DNA of 63,053 nucleotides, filler included, from Reclinomonas americana ATCC 50394 (Eukaryota): NCBI GenBank assembly GCA_048213135.1. It is 17 parts of 14 records of this genome, joined end to end, with 100 filler letters (N's around TTAATTAATTAA, not from the genome) between each part and the next. Parts side by side here need not be neighbours in the genome. Positions count along the whole stretch, not along the records: positions 49,567 to 51,749 come from AFZH01016620.1; positions 51,850 to 53,227 come from AFZH01016621.1; positions 53,328 to 55,511 come from PS016070.1; positions 55,612 to 59,069 come from PS016070.1; positions 59,170 to 60,361 come from AFZH01016624.1; positions 60,462 to 61,842 come from AFZH01016632.1; positions 61,943 to 63,053 come from PS016072.1; 10 more parts are not named here. One strand, 5' to 3'. Shown piece by piece: positions 50,880 to 63,053 of this stretch (position 1 is its first letter; each line of letters starts with the position of its first letter). The notes under the pieces were generated by a model. It saw only the letters and a program-made list of their open reading frames with translations, ran no database searches and was not told where the DNA came from. The position numbers and the translations under genes were made by a program.

Positions 50880-51700
50880 TTCAGAGGTGATCTCGTGTGG
50901 TGCAGGCGATTCTGCGAAGTGCGCTCACAAGGGAAGCGTGTGCGTAAGAGAGTGCAAGTGAGAAATGCGCACGTGGAGGTCAGGAAGTCTCGTTTGCTAT
51001 TCCACAAGCCGGTTGAGTGGACGGAATGCATTCGGTGATCACATGTGCTGCGGCTGGTTCTGCATAGCGCAATCACTACAGCAGTGAGTGGCTAAGAAAG
51101 TGCAAGCCAGAGATGCTTGCGTGGAGGTCAGAGAGTCTTGTTTGCGAATCCACAAGTCGGTTGAATGAATGGAATGTTTGTGGTGTTCTCGTGCGCTGTG
51201 ACTGGTTCTGCACAGCGCAAGCACTACAGCAGTGATTGGGCTAGAGAGTGCAAGTGAGAGATGCGCACGTGGAGGTCAGGAAGTCTCGTTTGCGAATCCA
51301 CAAGTCGGTTGGGTGGACGGGTTGTATGTGATGATCTCTTGTGCTGCGGCTGATTCTGCACAGTGCAATCACTACGGCAGTGAGTGGCTAAGAAAGTGCA
51401 AGCCAGAGATGCGCACGTGGAGGTCAGGGAGTCTCGTTTGCGAATCCACAAGCCGATTCAATGAATGGATCGTTTGAGATGATCTCGTTTGCTGTTGCGG
51501 ATTCTGCGTGTTGCTCTCACAAGGAAAACGAGTGAGTAAGAGAGTGCAAGCCAGAGATGCGCACTGGAGATCAGAGAGTCATGATATTAAATCCACAAGC
51601 TGGTCGAGTGGACGGATCGTTCGTGATTATCTCGTGTGCTGTGGCTGACTTTGCGTGTCGCACTCACAAGGGTAGCAAGTGAGCCAGAGAGTGCAAGCAA
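50880..51700 (+). repeat. ~148-bp degenerate tandem repeat (~6 units)
   Basis: AG(A/G)AGTGCAAG...GAGATGCGCACGTGGAGGTCAG anchor at ~50945, 51095, 51243, 51390, 51538 and 51685. Confidence 0.9.
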
Positions 51701-53439
51701 AACTGGCAGTGACTTGCGCTTTGTTTTCTCTCTTTTCTTGTGTTGTTGTNNNNNNNNNNNNNNNNNNNNNNNNNNNNNNNNNNNNNNNNNNNNTTAATTA
51801 ATTAANNNNNNNNNNNNNNNNNNNNNNNNNNNNNNNNNNNNNNNNNNNNGCAAGAGGGAAAGGGGATTAAAGGGGAAGGGTGGAGGGGGATAAAGGGGGA
51901 AGGGGGATAAAGGGGGAAGGGGGGAAGAGGGAAAGGGAGGAGGCGAGAGATTGAGAGAGAGAGAGGAAGGGAGGGGACGATGTGTGTTACACGCAAGGAG
52001 TATGTGGGGAGGTCAGCAAGCGACCATGTGTATGTGTGTGTTCGTGTGTGCGTGTGTGTTTAGTGATTGAGTTAGTGTGGGTGATTGTGGGGTGAGAGGA
52101 TGAGAGACATGGAGTGCGTGCGGTGGAGTGCGTTGAATGAGCAGTTGACAATTGCAGTGGAAAGAGAGAGAGATGGGGATTAGGACAGCACTGTGGAAAA
52201 GATTGAGATACTTCTTGATTTAGGTTGTTGTGTCACTTTCTCACTGAGTGTTCTGTGTGGACTGTGCGGCTGAATTGAGATGCTCTCTCTCTGTTTCTCT
52301 CTTGCATTCCTTTCTTTGTTATCTCTCTCACTCTCTGAGAGTTCTTTGTGATGATCTCTGCGTATGTCTCTCTCTGGTTTTATTTTTCTCTTCCTCACTC
52401 CTTTCTTTGTTTTCTCTCTCACTCACTGAGTGTTCTTTGTTTGTGATTGAATCGAAATGAGAATATACATCCTCTCATTCTCTCTCGTTCTCTCCCTCTC
52501 TCCTTGCGTTTGTTTCTCTGTCTTCTTCAATCTCTCTTCTCTCACTCAGTGTTGCATCCAAGCGCTCTCTCTTTCTCGCTGTGTCTCTCTCAATCTCTTT
52601 TCTGTCTCTCTCACTCGTTCCTTGAGTTTATTTCTCTTTCTATTACTTCTCTCCCCTCACTCGATGGCCGCCTGCTGTTGAGGTCCTGATCGAATGGAAC
52701 AGACTCTCTCTCTCTCTCTCTCGCTGTGCCTCTCTCATTCTCTCTGTCTCTCATTTCTCTCTTTCTATCTCCTTTCTTTGTTTTCTCTGTGATTAAACCG
52801 AAATGAGAAGATCTCTCTCTGTCGCTCTTCTTCTCTCTCTCACTCCTTGTGTCTGTTTCTCTTTCTCTTTCGTTCTTCTTCTCTCACTCAGTGCAGCTGC
52901 CTGCTGTTGCGTGTGTGATCCAAGTGAGGCCTCTCTCTCACACACACAACACAGCAGGAGGGAACCTTGAGTGAGTGAGACACACACGGAACAAAGAATA
53001 AGAAAGAGATAACTAAGAGAGAAGATACAAAAAAAGAAGTGACATAGACAGAGAAAGAGAGATAGAGTGACACATCACTCTCTCTCCTCTCACGAACTGT
53101 GTCTGCCGACAGCTGAATCTGTTGAATCTCTCTCTGTGTTTCTCGTTCTTTTTCTTTGTGTTTTCTCTCTCTCTCTCTTTCTAATTAATTGAGGAGCGTT
53201 GTCGTTGCATTTCTCTCTCTCTCTCTCNNNNNNNNNNNNNNNNNNNNNNNNNNNNNNNNNNNNNNNNNNNNTTAATTAATTAANNNNNNNNNNNNNNNNN
53301 NNNNNNNNNNNNNNNNNNNNNNNNNNNAGAAAGGGAGAAAGTAACGGAGACCAGCTGGCGTGATCGCTTCTTTGTTGTTCTTATGTCCTGCTCTCCTCTC
53401 ATATTCTGCGTGCTGTTTCCTATGTTGTCTCTTTGCAGT

Positions 53440-53612
53440 ATGTGTGATCTCTTCTGTGATGGTGCGCACCAGATCTCTTCCCGCTATGTTGTCTCCTTGT
53501 TGTATGTGTGATCTCTTCTGTGATGGTGTGCACCAGATATCTTCCCGCTATGCTGTCTCCTTGTAGTATGTCTGATCTCTTCTGTGATGGTGCGCACCAG
53601 ATCTCTTCCCGC
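53440..53612 (+). repeat. ~63-bp tandem repeat (3 units)
   Basis: GATCTCTTCTGTGATGGTG(C/T)GCACCAGAT occurs three times. Confidence 0.9.
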
Positions 53613-54249
53613 TGATTTCTCACTCTTCCTTGTCGACTCGTTAATTGCCGCCCCCGCCTGTTGTTCGCGCACTCTTCTCAAAATATGTTCTAGATGTTCT
53701 GCGTGTCGCTCTGTTTGAAGCGGGTATGGTGTCTTCTTCGCTGTTTGCTTCATGGTCATTCTCTCCAAATAGTTTCGTGTGTCGCCTTGTTGCAGTAGGT
53801 GCGTGTACACAAGAGAGATGCATGCATATACTGAGCAATGGAGTGAGGAGACGTGGCGCCATTGGTGAAGGGTAAGCCTCATTGGCGATCTCCACGAAGG
53901 CGGTGCTGTACAGAGAGGAGTCGTCTCCTGTGGATGACAGTGAGCATGCGCAAGGGAGAGGAAGGAACTGGCTTGACAGACCTTACAATGGCCACAGGAC
54001 TGCGGTGGGAAGGGGAGGAAGGGAGTGAGCGATCACAGAATGGCAGAAGAGGGCAACGCAAGAGGCGCAACTCGGAGGATGTGTCGTGATGCTCTGGCGC
54101 GTTGTCGCCACTGTGAACGAAACGCGGAGAGTGAGCAAGATTTAGAGCAACAAGCAAGGATGGAGAGACATAAGAGTTTGAGAGAGAACACATAGGCAGA
54201 CACAAATCAGAAGAGTGATGAGGCCAGAGAGTTGAGAGTCTACGATGCC

Positions 54250-54860
54250 TGTGTATGCTCACAACTGCAAGAGAAAATAGATGGGTAATCGTGTGTCTGC
54301 GTTGCCTGCGTGTGCTGAGAGTCAGAGCTCCAAAAAGACAGAAAGATGGGTACGTGTGTGTGTCTGCGTTGCCTGTGTGTCTGCGGAGTATGTGTCTGCG
54401 TCGCCTGTGAACGCTGAGAGTCACAACTGCAAAAGACAAGAAGATGGACTTCTGTGTGTCTGCGTTGCCTGTGTGCATGTGGAGAATCACAGCTACAAAA
54501 GACAAAAGATGGGTACTTATGCGACTGCGATGCAAGTGTATGATGAGAGCCAAGCAGCAACCGACAGAATGAGTTGTACTTGTGCGCGTGCCTGTGTGTA
54601 TGCTGAGAATCACAACTGCAAAGACAGAAAGCTGAGTACGATGTGTCTGAATTGTCTGTGCATGCTGAAAAATCATAACTGCAAGACAAAAAGATGGACT
54701 TCTGCGTGTTTGTGTTGCTGTGTGCATGTGGAGAATCACAGCACAAAAGACAAAAGAAGGTACTTGTGCTTGTGGATGCTGAGAGAAACTGCAAAAAGAT
54801 AGAAAGCGGGGGCCTGTGTGCATGATGAGAATCACAACTGCGAAAGGATCAAGAGATGGG
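54250..54860 (+). repeat. Degenerate tandem repeat (GAGAATCACAACTGCAAAAGACAAAAGATGG anchor)
   Basis: The anchor recurs roughly every 60-120 bp. Confidence 0.75.
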
Positions 54861-55129
54861 CATTTGTGTATGCCATTTCGCATGTGCAAACGGAGGTGCA
54901 CGCAGAGACATACAAGAACAGGAGGAACATGAATGAAGAGAGACATACGCATGCACACATATACAGAGGGAGAGAGAGAGAGAGGAGTGAATCTGCGAGA
55001 AAAAGACGAGCATTATGAACTCACGATGCAGGGGGCGCGACCTCCGCGGTTGGTGCATCTCTGCATACAGGAATGTGAGTACAAGAGCAGCTTGTAAAAC
55101 AATGCGGAAAACGGTACGCACTCGGGAGT

Positions 55130-55940
55130 ATCAGGCTTCCAGTCAGGCGGAGCACGAATCGAGATGGCAAGCGGGGCGTCCTCTCTGCGACACACATTGA
55201 GCGGCAGTACAGCTCTCCAATTAAGCGATGGTGATTGCGTACCCTCCAGCCGGTGGTTGCGCTGGAGCGGGTGCACTCGGGTTCACGTGGCCCTTTTCAT
55301 CAGCCGCACTGTGCCTTTTGACAAGAAAGTGAACAGCTGCAACGCAGTGAGGTAATGATTGTGGTGACACGCAACTCTTTCGTGTCCGGCTTCCAGTCCG
55401 GAGGGGCACGAATGGGAGGCGGCAGTGGCTTGTCATGGCTGCGACAAGAAATGAGAATACAGTGAACTAATCAAGCACACCAATGTGCACAAACCCAGAA
55501 GACGGTGGCGCNNNNNNNNNNNNNNNNNNNNNNNNNNNNNNNNNNNNNNNNNNNNTTAATTAATTAANNNNNNNNNNNNNNNNNNNNNNNNNNNNNNNNN
55601 NNNNNNNNNNNGGTGGCGCTGGTGTCGACGGACTGCAGAAGACAGATGAGCACAATAGCAGAATGCATTCACACAAACGAATGGCTCAACTCAGCGGGAT
55701 CTGGCTTCCAGTCCGGAGGGGCACGAATGGGAGGTGGCAGAGGCTTGTCATTACTGGAGGGAGAGAGATGAGAACGCAAAGATGCAATCAAATGCACACC
55801 AATGTGCACGTACCCAGAAGCCGGTGGCTGCGGAGTCGAGGGACTGCGGAGGAAGATGAGCACTATAGTAGAATGCGCGCACGCACACGACAAAGACTCA
55901 ACTCGGTGGGATCCGGCTTCCAATCCGGAGGAGCACGGAT
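55130..55940 (+). repeat. Longer degenerate repeat (GGCTTCCAGTCCGGAGGGGCACGAAT anchor, 4 copies) spanning a linker
   Basis: Anchor at ~55133, 55388, 55703 and 55915. Confidence 0.75.
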
Positions 55941-56106
55941 GTGCGTGGTTTCACTGCAAACAACGGTATTTAAGACGCGCTAACTATCACTCTCTTCGCG
56001 CAACAAGCAAAGAACTTTGGCTTCGACTCCTCCTCGGGCTTGACATGCTCGCTGTGCACAGAAATACAAGTCAGCACACAATCCTTGCCCACCGTTTCAA
56101 GTAGAA

Positions 56107-57181
56107 ACGCACCTGGGCTCCCCCTCGCGTCTCTCGCTGAAGGTCTCCGACTCCATGCTCGCATCCTGGTCACCGTGCGGCACTGCAGGCGACGGTGTCT
56201 TGTCGGGCACCACTGGCGGCTTCACTGTCACCGACTGCGGGTCGTAGTCAGCGGCGGCATCCTTTGGCGGCTGCGATTCCTCGCCCGCAGTGTTGTCCTC
56301 GGGTGCGGCGGGTTCCGAAGGCGTCGGCGGTGGGGTTTCAGGCTCAGAGGGCTCTGTTGCAGGAGGAGCAGAAGGCTCGGGCGCTACTGGATCCTCTGCC
56401 GGCGGCTGACTGGGCTTGGGGGCAGGAGGCACTGCGGGCTCCTCGGCTGGCGGCACAGACGGCTCGGGCTCGACTGGATCCTCTGCCGGCGGCTGAGTGG
56501 GCTTGGGAGATGGAGGCTGAGTGGGTTCCTCGGTGGGAGGCACATCAGGTTCTTCGGCTGGTGGCGGCGTGGGCTTGGGAGCTGGAGGTGGCGTCGGCTC
56601 TTCGACCGACGGCTGAGCGGATTCTTCGGCAGGCGGTGGTGTCGGTTTCGGAGCAGGCGGCTGCGTCGGCTCGGGCGTCGGCTTGGGAGCAGGCGGCTGT
56701 GTTGGCTCGGGGGTGGGCGGCGGTGTGGGCTTCGGAGCGGGCGGCTGCGTTGGCTCGGGAGGGGTCGGCGGTTGAGCGGGTTCTTCGGCAGGCGGTGGCG
56801 TGGGCTTCGGAGCCGGCGGCTGCGTTGGCTCGGGGGTAGGTGGCGGCGTCGGCTTGGGAGCAGGCGGCTGTGTTGGCTCGGGGGCAGGTGGCGGCGTCGG
56901 CTTGGGAGCGGGTGGCTGAGTGTGTTCGTCGGCAGGCGGTGTTGGCTTCGGAGTCGGCGGTTGAGCGGCTTCTTCGGCAGGCGGTGGCGTGGGATTGGGA
57001 GCCGGCGGCTGAGCAGGCTTCTCGGCTGGCGGCTGAGCAGGCTCCTTCGGTTTCGGTGCCTCAGGTGCTGGCGCCTCCTTTTCCGTGCCCTCGTCCTTTC
57101 GAGGCGGAGGGCGCTTCTTCGAGTCCTCTTCCTCGCGCTTTGGAGGCACTGCGGGCTCCGATTCCTCGAAATCATCGAAGA
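56107..57181 (-). CDS. Proline-rich repeat exon (PAPKPTPPPAEEPTQP-type repeats) of a hypothetical protein
   Basis: Long GC-rich open frame with synonymous variation among the repeats; cag acceptor near 57184 and gt donor near 56111. Confidence 0.7.
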
Positions 57182-59280
57182 GACTGCGAGAGGGCGGAGG
57201 GAAGGGTGAGGGAGGGAAGGAAGAGCGAGTGTCTGGCTCTGAGAACGAGCAAAGACTGAGAGGGGAGACATTGCCGTGCAGGAAGAGAGAAGAAAGAATG
57301 GAGTAATCAAGAAAGCAAGAAGAGAGAGAATGAAAGAAAGAACGAAGGCAAGGAGGAAAAGAACAAGAAAGAAAGTAAAGAGAGAATGAAAGAAAGGAAA
57401 GGAAAGCAAAAAAGAAAGAATGAATGATAGAATGAAGAAAGAAAGAACGAAAGAAAGAGGCAGAGACTTTAGGAGGCGTAGAACAAGGGAAAAAGAGACA
57501 AGAGAGTGAAAGGGAGAGGACAGATGAGAATGGAGACGAGGAAAGCAGACGAAGAGAGTGAGCACGGGAATTACAGAACTCGTTCACAGAAACTCGAAGA
57601 ACATAGCAGAGGGAGAAAGAGACAGAGACCTCGAGGAGGCAAAGAACAAGGGAGAAAGAGACAGGAGAACGAAACGGTGAGATGTAAAGGACAAAGTGGG
57701 GACAGATGAGAACGGAGATGAGGAAAACAGAAGAAGAGAGTGGTGTTTCAGTGAAACGCGAAAGTACATAGCAGAGGGAGAAAGAGACAGACAAAAACTT
57801 CAAGAGGGCATGGACAAACAGCGAGAGACACAGATTGGGAAAGGGATTGCAAGGCGCAAACGGACAAGATGGCGACAGACGAGAACGGAGAAGAGAAAAA
57901 GCAAGAAAAGAGAAGAGCAGGGAAACGCACAGAGACGGTTCATAGCACACGGAAACAGAGAGACAGAGACCTCACGAGGGCAAGATAAACAGAGAGAGAG
58001 AGAGAGAGAGAGAGTGATGGGGGAAGGGCTTGTAAGGTGCATAAGGGAACGTGGTGACGGATGAGAGCAGATATGAGAGAAAGGGAAACGCAGAATATGC
58101 AGAGAAACGCGAGCAACGTGATGCACGCTGCGCTGCCCACACAGAGTGCCAGCAAACTCTTGACTCACAGAACGCGCACTTCCCACTTGCTAGACAAGCA
58201 CACCAGATCGCGAGCGACTGGCAGAGAAGAGAGGAGGTGGAGGGGTGGACAGATGCAGAGACAACTGCCATTTTCGACGAGGAAAGGGCAGAAGTGGAAG
58301 CCAAGCAACATAAAGTGTACACAGACACAGAGAAATAAACTGGAGGAGCAAGACGATGAACAGCATCGCAACTCTTCTTCAGCTTCTTTTGATCGATCAT
58401 CATCCGGTGTTTTTCTGCGGATAGCAAGTGAATACACAGCGCCATTAACCACACGCGAAACATGTTCGCAACGGAGCGGCGTGGCTGTTGTCATCTCTGG
58501 ACATCAGCAGTGGAATAATGAGCACGAGAAGCGCAGCATGGGAGGAGAAGGGCATTGTTCGCAACGAAATGTCTTGTTCTTCTCCGGCCACGTCGTCGTG
58601 TGGACTGCGACGGGAACGATGTGAGAGAGCACCGAGAGTGCGAGGGGAAGCACGAACGACGCAACATGGTGTCTCGCTCCTCCTCTGACAGGTGCTCCTC
58701 GCTGCGACAGGATTCGGAGGGTGAGTGGCGACCAAGCGAAGAATGAAAGCAAGAGAGAGGAAACAGAGGAGGGCGAGGGAGTGGTAAGGAGTTATGATGA
58801 AGACGAACTATGGAGAGGAAGAAACAGAGAGAAAGACGGCATCTGGTGGAGGGGAAAAGAGTGCAGACTGAAGCCAAGGAGAGGGCGGGAATGAAACGTA
58901 CATCGAAGAAACATGAGAGACAGTCCGACAAGACGTGTGAGCGAAAGACGTTGAGAGGGCGGGTGACAATGCAGATCCCACAGAGCAAACTGAGAGGCAC
59001 GAGAGACGAAACACGAGAGAGACAGAGACACACACAGAAAGAGAGTGCGTATGAGAGAGAGAGCGGGTTNNNNNNNNNNNNNNNNNNNNNNNNNNNNNNN
59101 NNNNNNNNNNNNNTTAATTAATTAANNNNNNNNNNNNNNNNNNNNNNNNNNNNNNNNNNNNNNNNNNNNTTAGAAATCTGAGAGAGAAAGAGAGAGGGAG
59201 GGAACGAGAGCACAGAGTGGAGCGCGATTGAACATAGGGCGAGGGAAGCGAGACAAGGCATTGCAGGACAAGGAGTTACC

Positions 59281-59701
59281 AACAATAACGTAGCCAGTGA
59301 ATTGAGAGAGAACAGACGGCAACTCGTGAATGCCTATTTCCCCCTCTTCACACCTCTTAAAGTTCTCCACATCCTCCGTGGCCACAGGAGCGGCAACTGA
59401 CGCGCCTGCACACACACACCTCCTCCAATCAGCACACACCCTTCTCCCACACCCTCCCCATCAAAAAACGCAACGTGAATTCGGTGTACCCGCCGAGGCA
59501 AACACAAAGTAAATGACGGCGCCGACGCTGCACGCCAGGAGCATGATGGTGAGGATCTTCGGGGGGTTGAAGGGCGGTCTGAGGAGGTCGCGAATGACGG
59601 TCAGGGCGCCGGAGGAGGGTTGGGAGGGGGAGAGGAGTTGCGAGGCTTGGCGTGAGTTGGAGGTGGAGAGGCCGGTGTACGGGTTGCTGCCGTTGGTGCC
59701 C
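59281..59701 (-). CDS. Exons of a hypothetical single-pass membrane protein (KILTIMLLACSVGAVIYFVFA)
   Basis: cag acceptor at ~59702, a hydrophobic helix, and a further exon ~59405-59281. May belong upstream of the Pro-rich exon. Confidence 0.45.
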
Positions 59702-59799
59702 TGCGAGAAGGGGAGAAGGGGGAGGGGGGAGAAGGGGGAAGGAGGGGGGAAGGGGGAAGGGGAGAAGGGGAAGGGGAGAAGGGGGAAGGGGAAGGGGAG

Positions 59800-60360
59800 T
59801 GAGTGAGTGAGTGCGTGAGAGCGAGAGAGAGAGAAGAGGGGAGAGGGGAGGGGAGAGGGGAAAGAAAGGGTGAGTGAGTGAGCGAGTGAGTGAGTGAGTG
59901 AGTGAAAGAGAGAGTGAGTGAGTGAGCGAGTGAGAGAGTGAGTGAGTGAGAGAGAAAGGGAGTAAGTGAATGAGTGAGAGTGAGTGGGAGGAGAGAGAGA
60001 GAGAGATTGAGAGAGAGAGAGTGTGAGTGAGTGAGTGAGTGAGTGAGTGAGTGAGTGAGTGAGTGAGTGAGTGAGTGAGTGAGTGAGGAAGAGAGTGAGT
60101 GAGTGAGCAAGAGGGTGAGTGAGTGAGTGAGTGAGTGAGTGAGTGAGTGAGTGAGTGAGTGAGTGAGTGAGTGAGTGAGTGAGTGAGTGAGGGAGGGAGT
60201 GAGCGAGTGAGTGAGTGTGTGTGTGTGTGAGTGAGTGAGAGAGTGAGCGAGTGAGTGAGTGAGTGAGTGAGTGAGAGAGAGAAAGTGAGTGAGTGAGAGA
60301 GTGAGAGAGTGAGAGAGAGAGAGAGAGTGAGTGAGTGAGTGAGTGAGTGAGAGAGGAGGG
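59800..60360 (+). repeat. (GAGT)n tetranucleotide microsatellite tract; similar tracts at 36350-36660 and 61490-61730
   Basis: Direct inspection. Confidence 0.95.
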
Positions 60361-61299
60361 GNNNNNNNNNNNNNNNNNNNNNNNNNNNNNNNNNNNNNNN
60401 NNNNNTTAATTAATTAANNNNNNNNNNNNNNNNNNNNNNNNNNNNNNNNNNNNNNNNNNNNAGGGAAGGGCAAGGGGGAAGGGAGGGTAAGAGAAGGAGT
60501 GACGTAGAATGTTCTCTCAACGCGGTATTTTACACTTATACACAACAACGAGCATCTGCCAGCGTGTGCTTTCTTTCAACAACTAAACTGTTCGTTAAGA
60601 TGTGAAAAGCGGAGAAGGGACGAAAGGAGAAGCAGAAAGAGAACCATCTTGAAATCACTCCTCACTCTGTTCTTCTATCAGAGGTAAGAATGCTTGATTC
60701 TGCACGCTGCAGAGTCTGTACGCACAGAAGACGGAGACCAAGCGTTCTCACTCGGACCGTCAGTCTGTCAGACTCTTCCATTCTTTCACTCACTTTCTCA
60801 CTCTGTCTGTTTGTCTGCTTCTTCTTTCTGCTCACTCTTTCTCTTCTCTCTCTGTGTCTTTCTCTCTCCTTTGTCTGTCTGTCTGTATGCCTCTTGTTTC
60901 TGCTCACTCTTTCTCACTCTCTCTCTCTCTCTCAAAATCTATCTCCTCCCTTCCGTCTGTCTGTTTGTTCATTTGCCTCTTCTTTACAGTTAATCTCTCT
61001 CACACACACACTCCTGCTCTCTCTCTCTCTATCTCTCTATCTCTCTCTTTCTGTTTGTCTGTCTGTTTGTCTGCCTCTCCTTTCCACTCATCCTTTCCCT
61101 TTCTCTCTGTTTCTCTCCCTGTCTCTCTCCTCCTCTGTCTGTCTGTCTGTTTGTCTGCCTCTCCTTTCCTCATTCTTCCCTTTCTCTCTGTCTCTCTCCC
61201 TTTCTCTCTCCTCTCCTTCTGTCTGCACATATGTACCTCTGCCTCTCTTTCTACTCATTCTTTCTCTTTCACTCTCTTCAACCTCCTCAATGCACAAAC

Positions 61300-61406
61300 C
61301 TCTGTGGGTGGGATTGAGAAGCCGGTGACCACGGCAACAGCGCGGGAGCGCATGAGAGAGGAGGCGGCGTCGTAGAGCTCGCCCGGGATGTGGAGGGCAG
61401 CGATTC
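61300..61406 (-). CDS. Exon resembling the N-terminus of the D-glutamate cyclase / DUF4392 domain
   Basis: cag|GIAALHIPGELYDAASSLMRSRAVAVVTGFSIPPTE|gt resembles the remembered motif RGI...L..A...L.....V.I.TGF. The expected ETDGP motif is not seen. Confidence 0.5.
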
Positions 61407-61663
61407 CTGAGAGGGAGATTGAGAGAGGGAAAGGAGGGTGAATAGGGGAGAAAGTGGGAGATAAGGATGAGAGCAGAAGAGAGGGAGAGAGAGTGAGTGA
61501 GTGAGTGAGTGAGAGAGAGAGAGTGAGTGAGTGAGTGAGAGTGAGCGAGAGAGAGAGCTAGAGTGAGTGAGTGAGTGAGTTGAGTGTGTGTGAGAGAGAG
61601 TGAGTGAGTGAGTGAGTGAGGGAGGGAGAGAGTGAGTGAGTGAGTGAGTGAGTGGGCAAGTGA

Positions 61664-61737
<74 letters not shown>

Positions 61738-62272
61738 GTAGAGTAGTAGTAGTAGAGTAGAGTAGTAGAGTAGAGAGAGAGAGAGAGAGAGAGGAGAGTA
61801 GTACGTAGTAGTAGTAGTAGTACGTAGTAGTAGTAGTAAGTANNNNNNNNNNNNNNNNNNNNNNNNNNNNNNNNNNNNNNNNNNNNTTAATTAATTAANN
61901 NNNNNNNNNNNNNNNNNNNNNNNNNNNNNNNNNNNNNNNNNNAGGAGTCACAGAATAAGAGGTGCAGAGAGTAGTTGATGAGCGACAGCGGTGGTTATAC
62001 GTCTCTCTGCTGTACCGTACATCCGCCTTGGCCGTACAGCAGCACATGATCATGTCATTTCTACGTCACCTTCTCTTCTCCTCGCTCTCTCTCCTTCTCC
62101 TCCTCTCTCTCTCTCCCTCTCTCTCCCTCTCTCCCTCCCTCCCTCCCTTCCCTCGCGCGCACACGAGTCCATTTTCAAACCTCGCTTTCCCCAATCACTC
62201 TGAATCAACTGCTCCGCGGTGGCCACCAACGACCTGGCGGTGCGCGCTGCACTTGCTGCTGTTCCCGCCAAC

Positions 62273-62785
62273 ATCTCCTCGCTCTCGTCGCCTGCGCTCA
62301 TTCCGCGAGTAAAGTGAGAGAGGTTGACAAGGATGATGGATTGGATGGAAATCGAACATTGGGTTTGGTTTGTGAACATGAGTGTGCGGAAAAGTTTTTT
62401 GCTTGTTGTAGACGAGTACGTGCCAGTGCGATAGAACCCTCCAATTAGCGTCGTGATCTTGTAGGAGAAAGATCGTGAATTCGAATTCGAATGCAGTGTT
62501 TGCATGCGCAATTAGGAATTCGAACCCTCTCTGGCTGCAGTTGGCGAGACGCAGGGATAGACTGAGAGCTCGTCGCCTGCGCTCATTCCGGGAGTAAAGT
62601 GAGAGGTTGACAAAGATGGTGGATTTTATGGAAATCATGGTGGATTTTATGGAAATCGAACATTGCAATATATTGGGTTTGGTGGTGAACATGAGTGTGT
62701 GCAGGTTTTTTGCTGATGTAGACGAGTACATACATGTCAGTGCGAGAGAACCCTCCAAATAGCGTCGCGAGAGTCATGATCTTGC
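62273..62785 (+). repeat. Direct duplication with ~290-bp period
   Basis: CTCGTCGCCTGCGCTCATTCCG.GAGTAAAGTGAGAG at ~62284 and ~62570. Confidence 0.85.
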
Positions 62786-63053
62786 AGGATCCGGAGAATG
62801 ATCGAGATCGTGACAGGTTGATCTGCACGGAGGGATTCGACATCGCTTGCTGGCGACACGCGCAGATTCGCAGGGAGCTTGAGGTGCTTGCCTTTGGGAA
62901 TTGTCTGGAGGCGGCACGGTTCTGGTTGGAATTCAAATTCGAATTGTTCTCGATCGCTGCAGTCGCGGTGAACGGAAGGAAGGCATGTCGAGCGCGCTGC
63001 ACTGGCGTGGAGGACCGAGCATGGTTGAACAGTGGATTTGACGCACCTGCATG

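Noticed and set aside
56040..57209. 389-aa Arg/Trp/Gly-rich plus-strand ORF
   Set aside because: Antisense shadow of the Pro-rich minus-strand exon.

Overview
Intron-rich eukaryotic (probably flagellated protist) genomic scaffold with many microsatellites. It is broken by about 16 artificial N-TTAATTAATTAA-N linkers and two ~900-nt N gaps. Recognisable ordinary genes: TEDC1, a ureohydrolase (plant-arginase/agmatinase type), an SR-like RRM protein, a prokaryote-type Fe/Mn SOD and a DUF4392-like fragment. The notable content is a set of innate-immunity-like genes. Four paralogues share one ankyrin exon whose predicted binding face is hypervariable, and the exon is fused to different outputs: two Pelle/IRAK/RLK-type kinases, a TPR array, and a DZIP3-like HEPN plus degenerate kinase (RNase L-like domain content). 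There is also an NLR-like gene (possible Ubl, HEPN with RxxxxH, NACHT, pentapeptide, WD40), a MOV10/SDE3-type helicase with an RGG N-terminus, and a decayed RLE-type non-LTR retrotransposon abutting a tRNA-like structured segment. All gene models were spliced by eye and all domain calls come from motif recognition; no searches were run.
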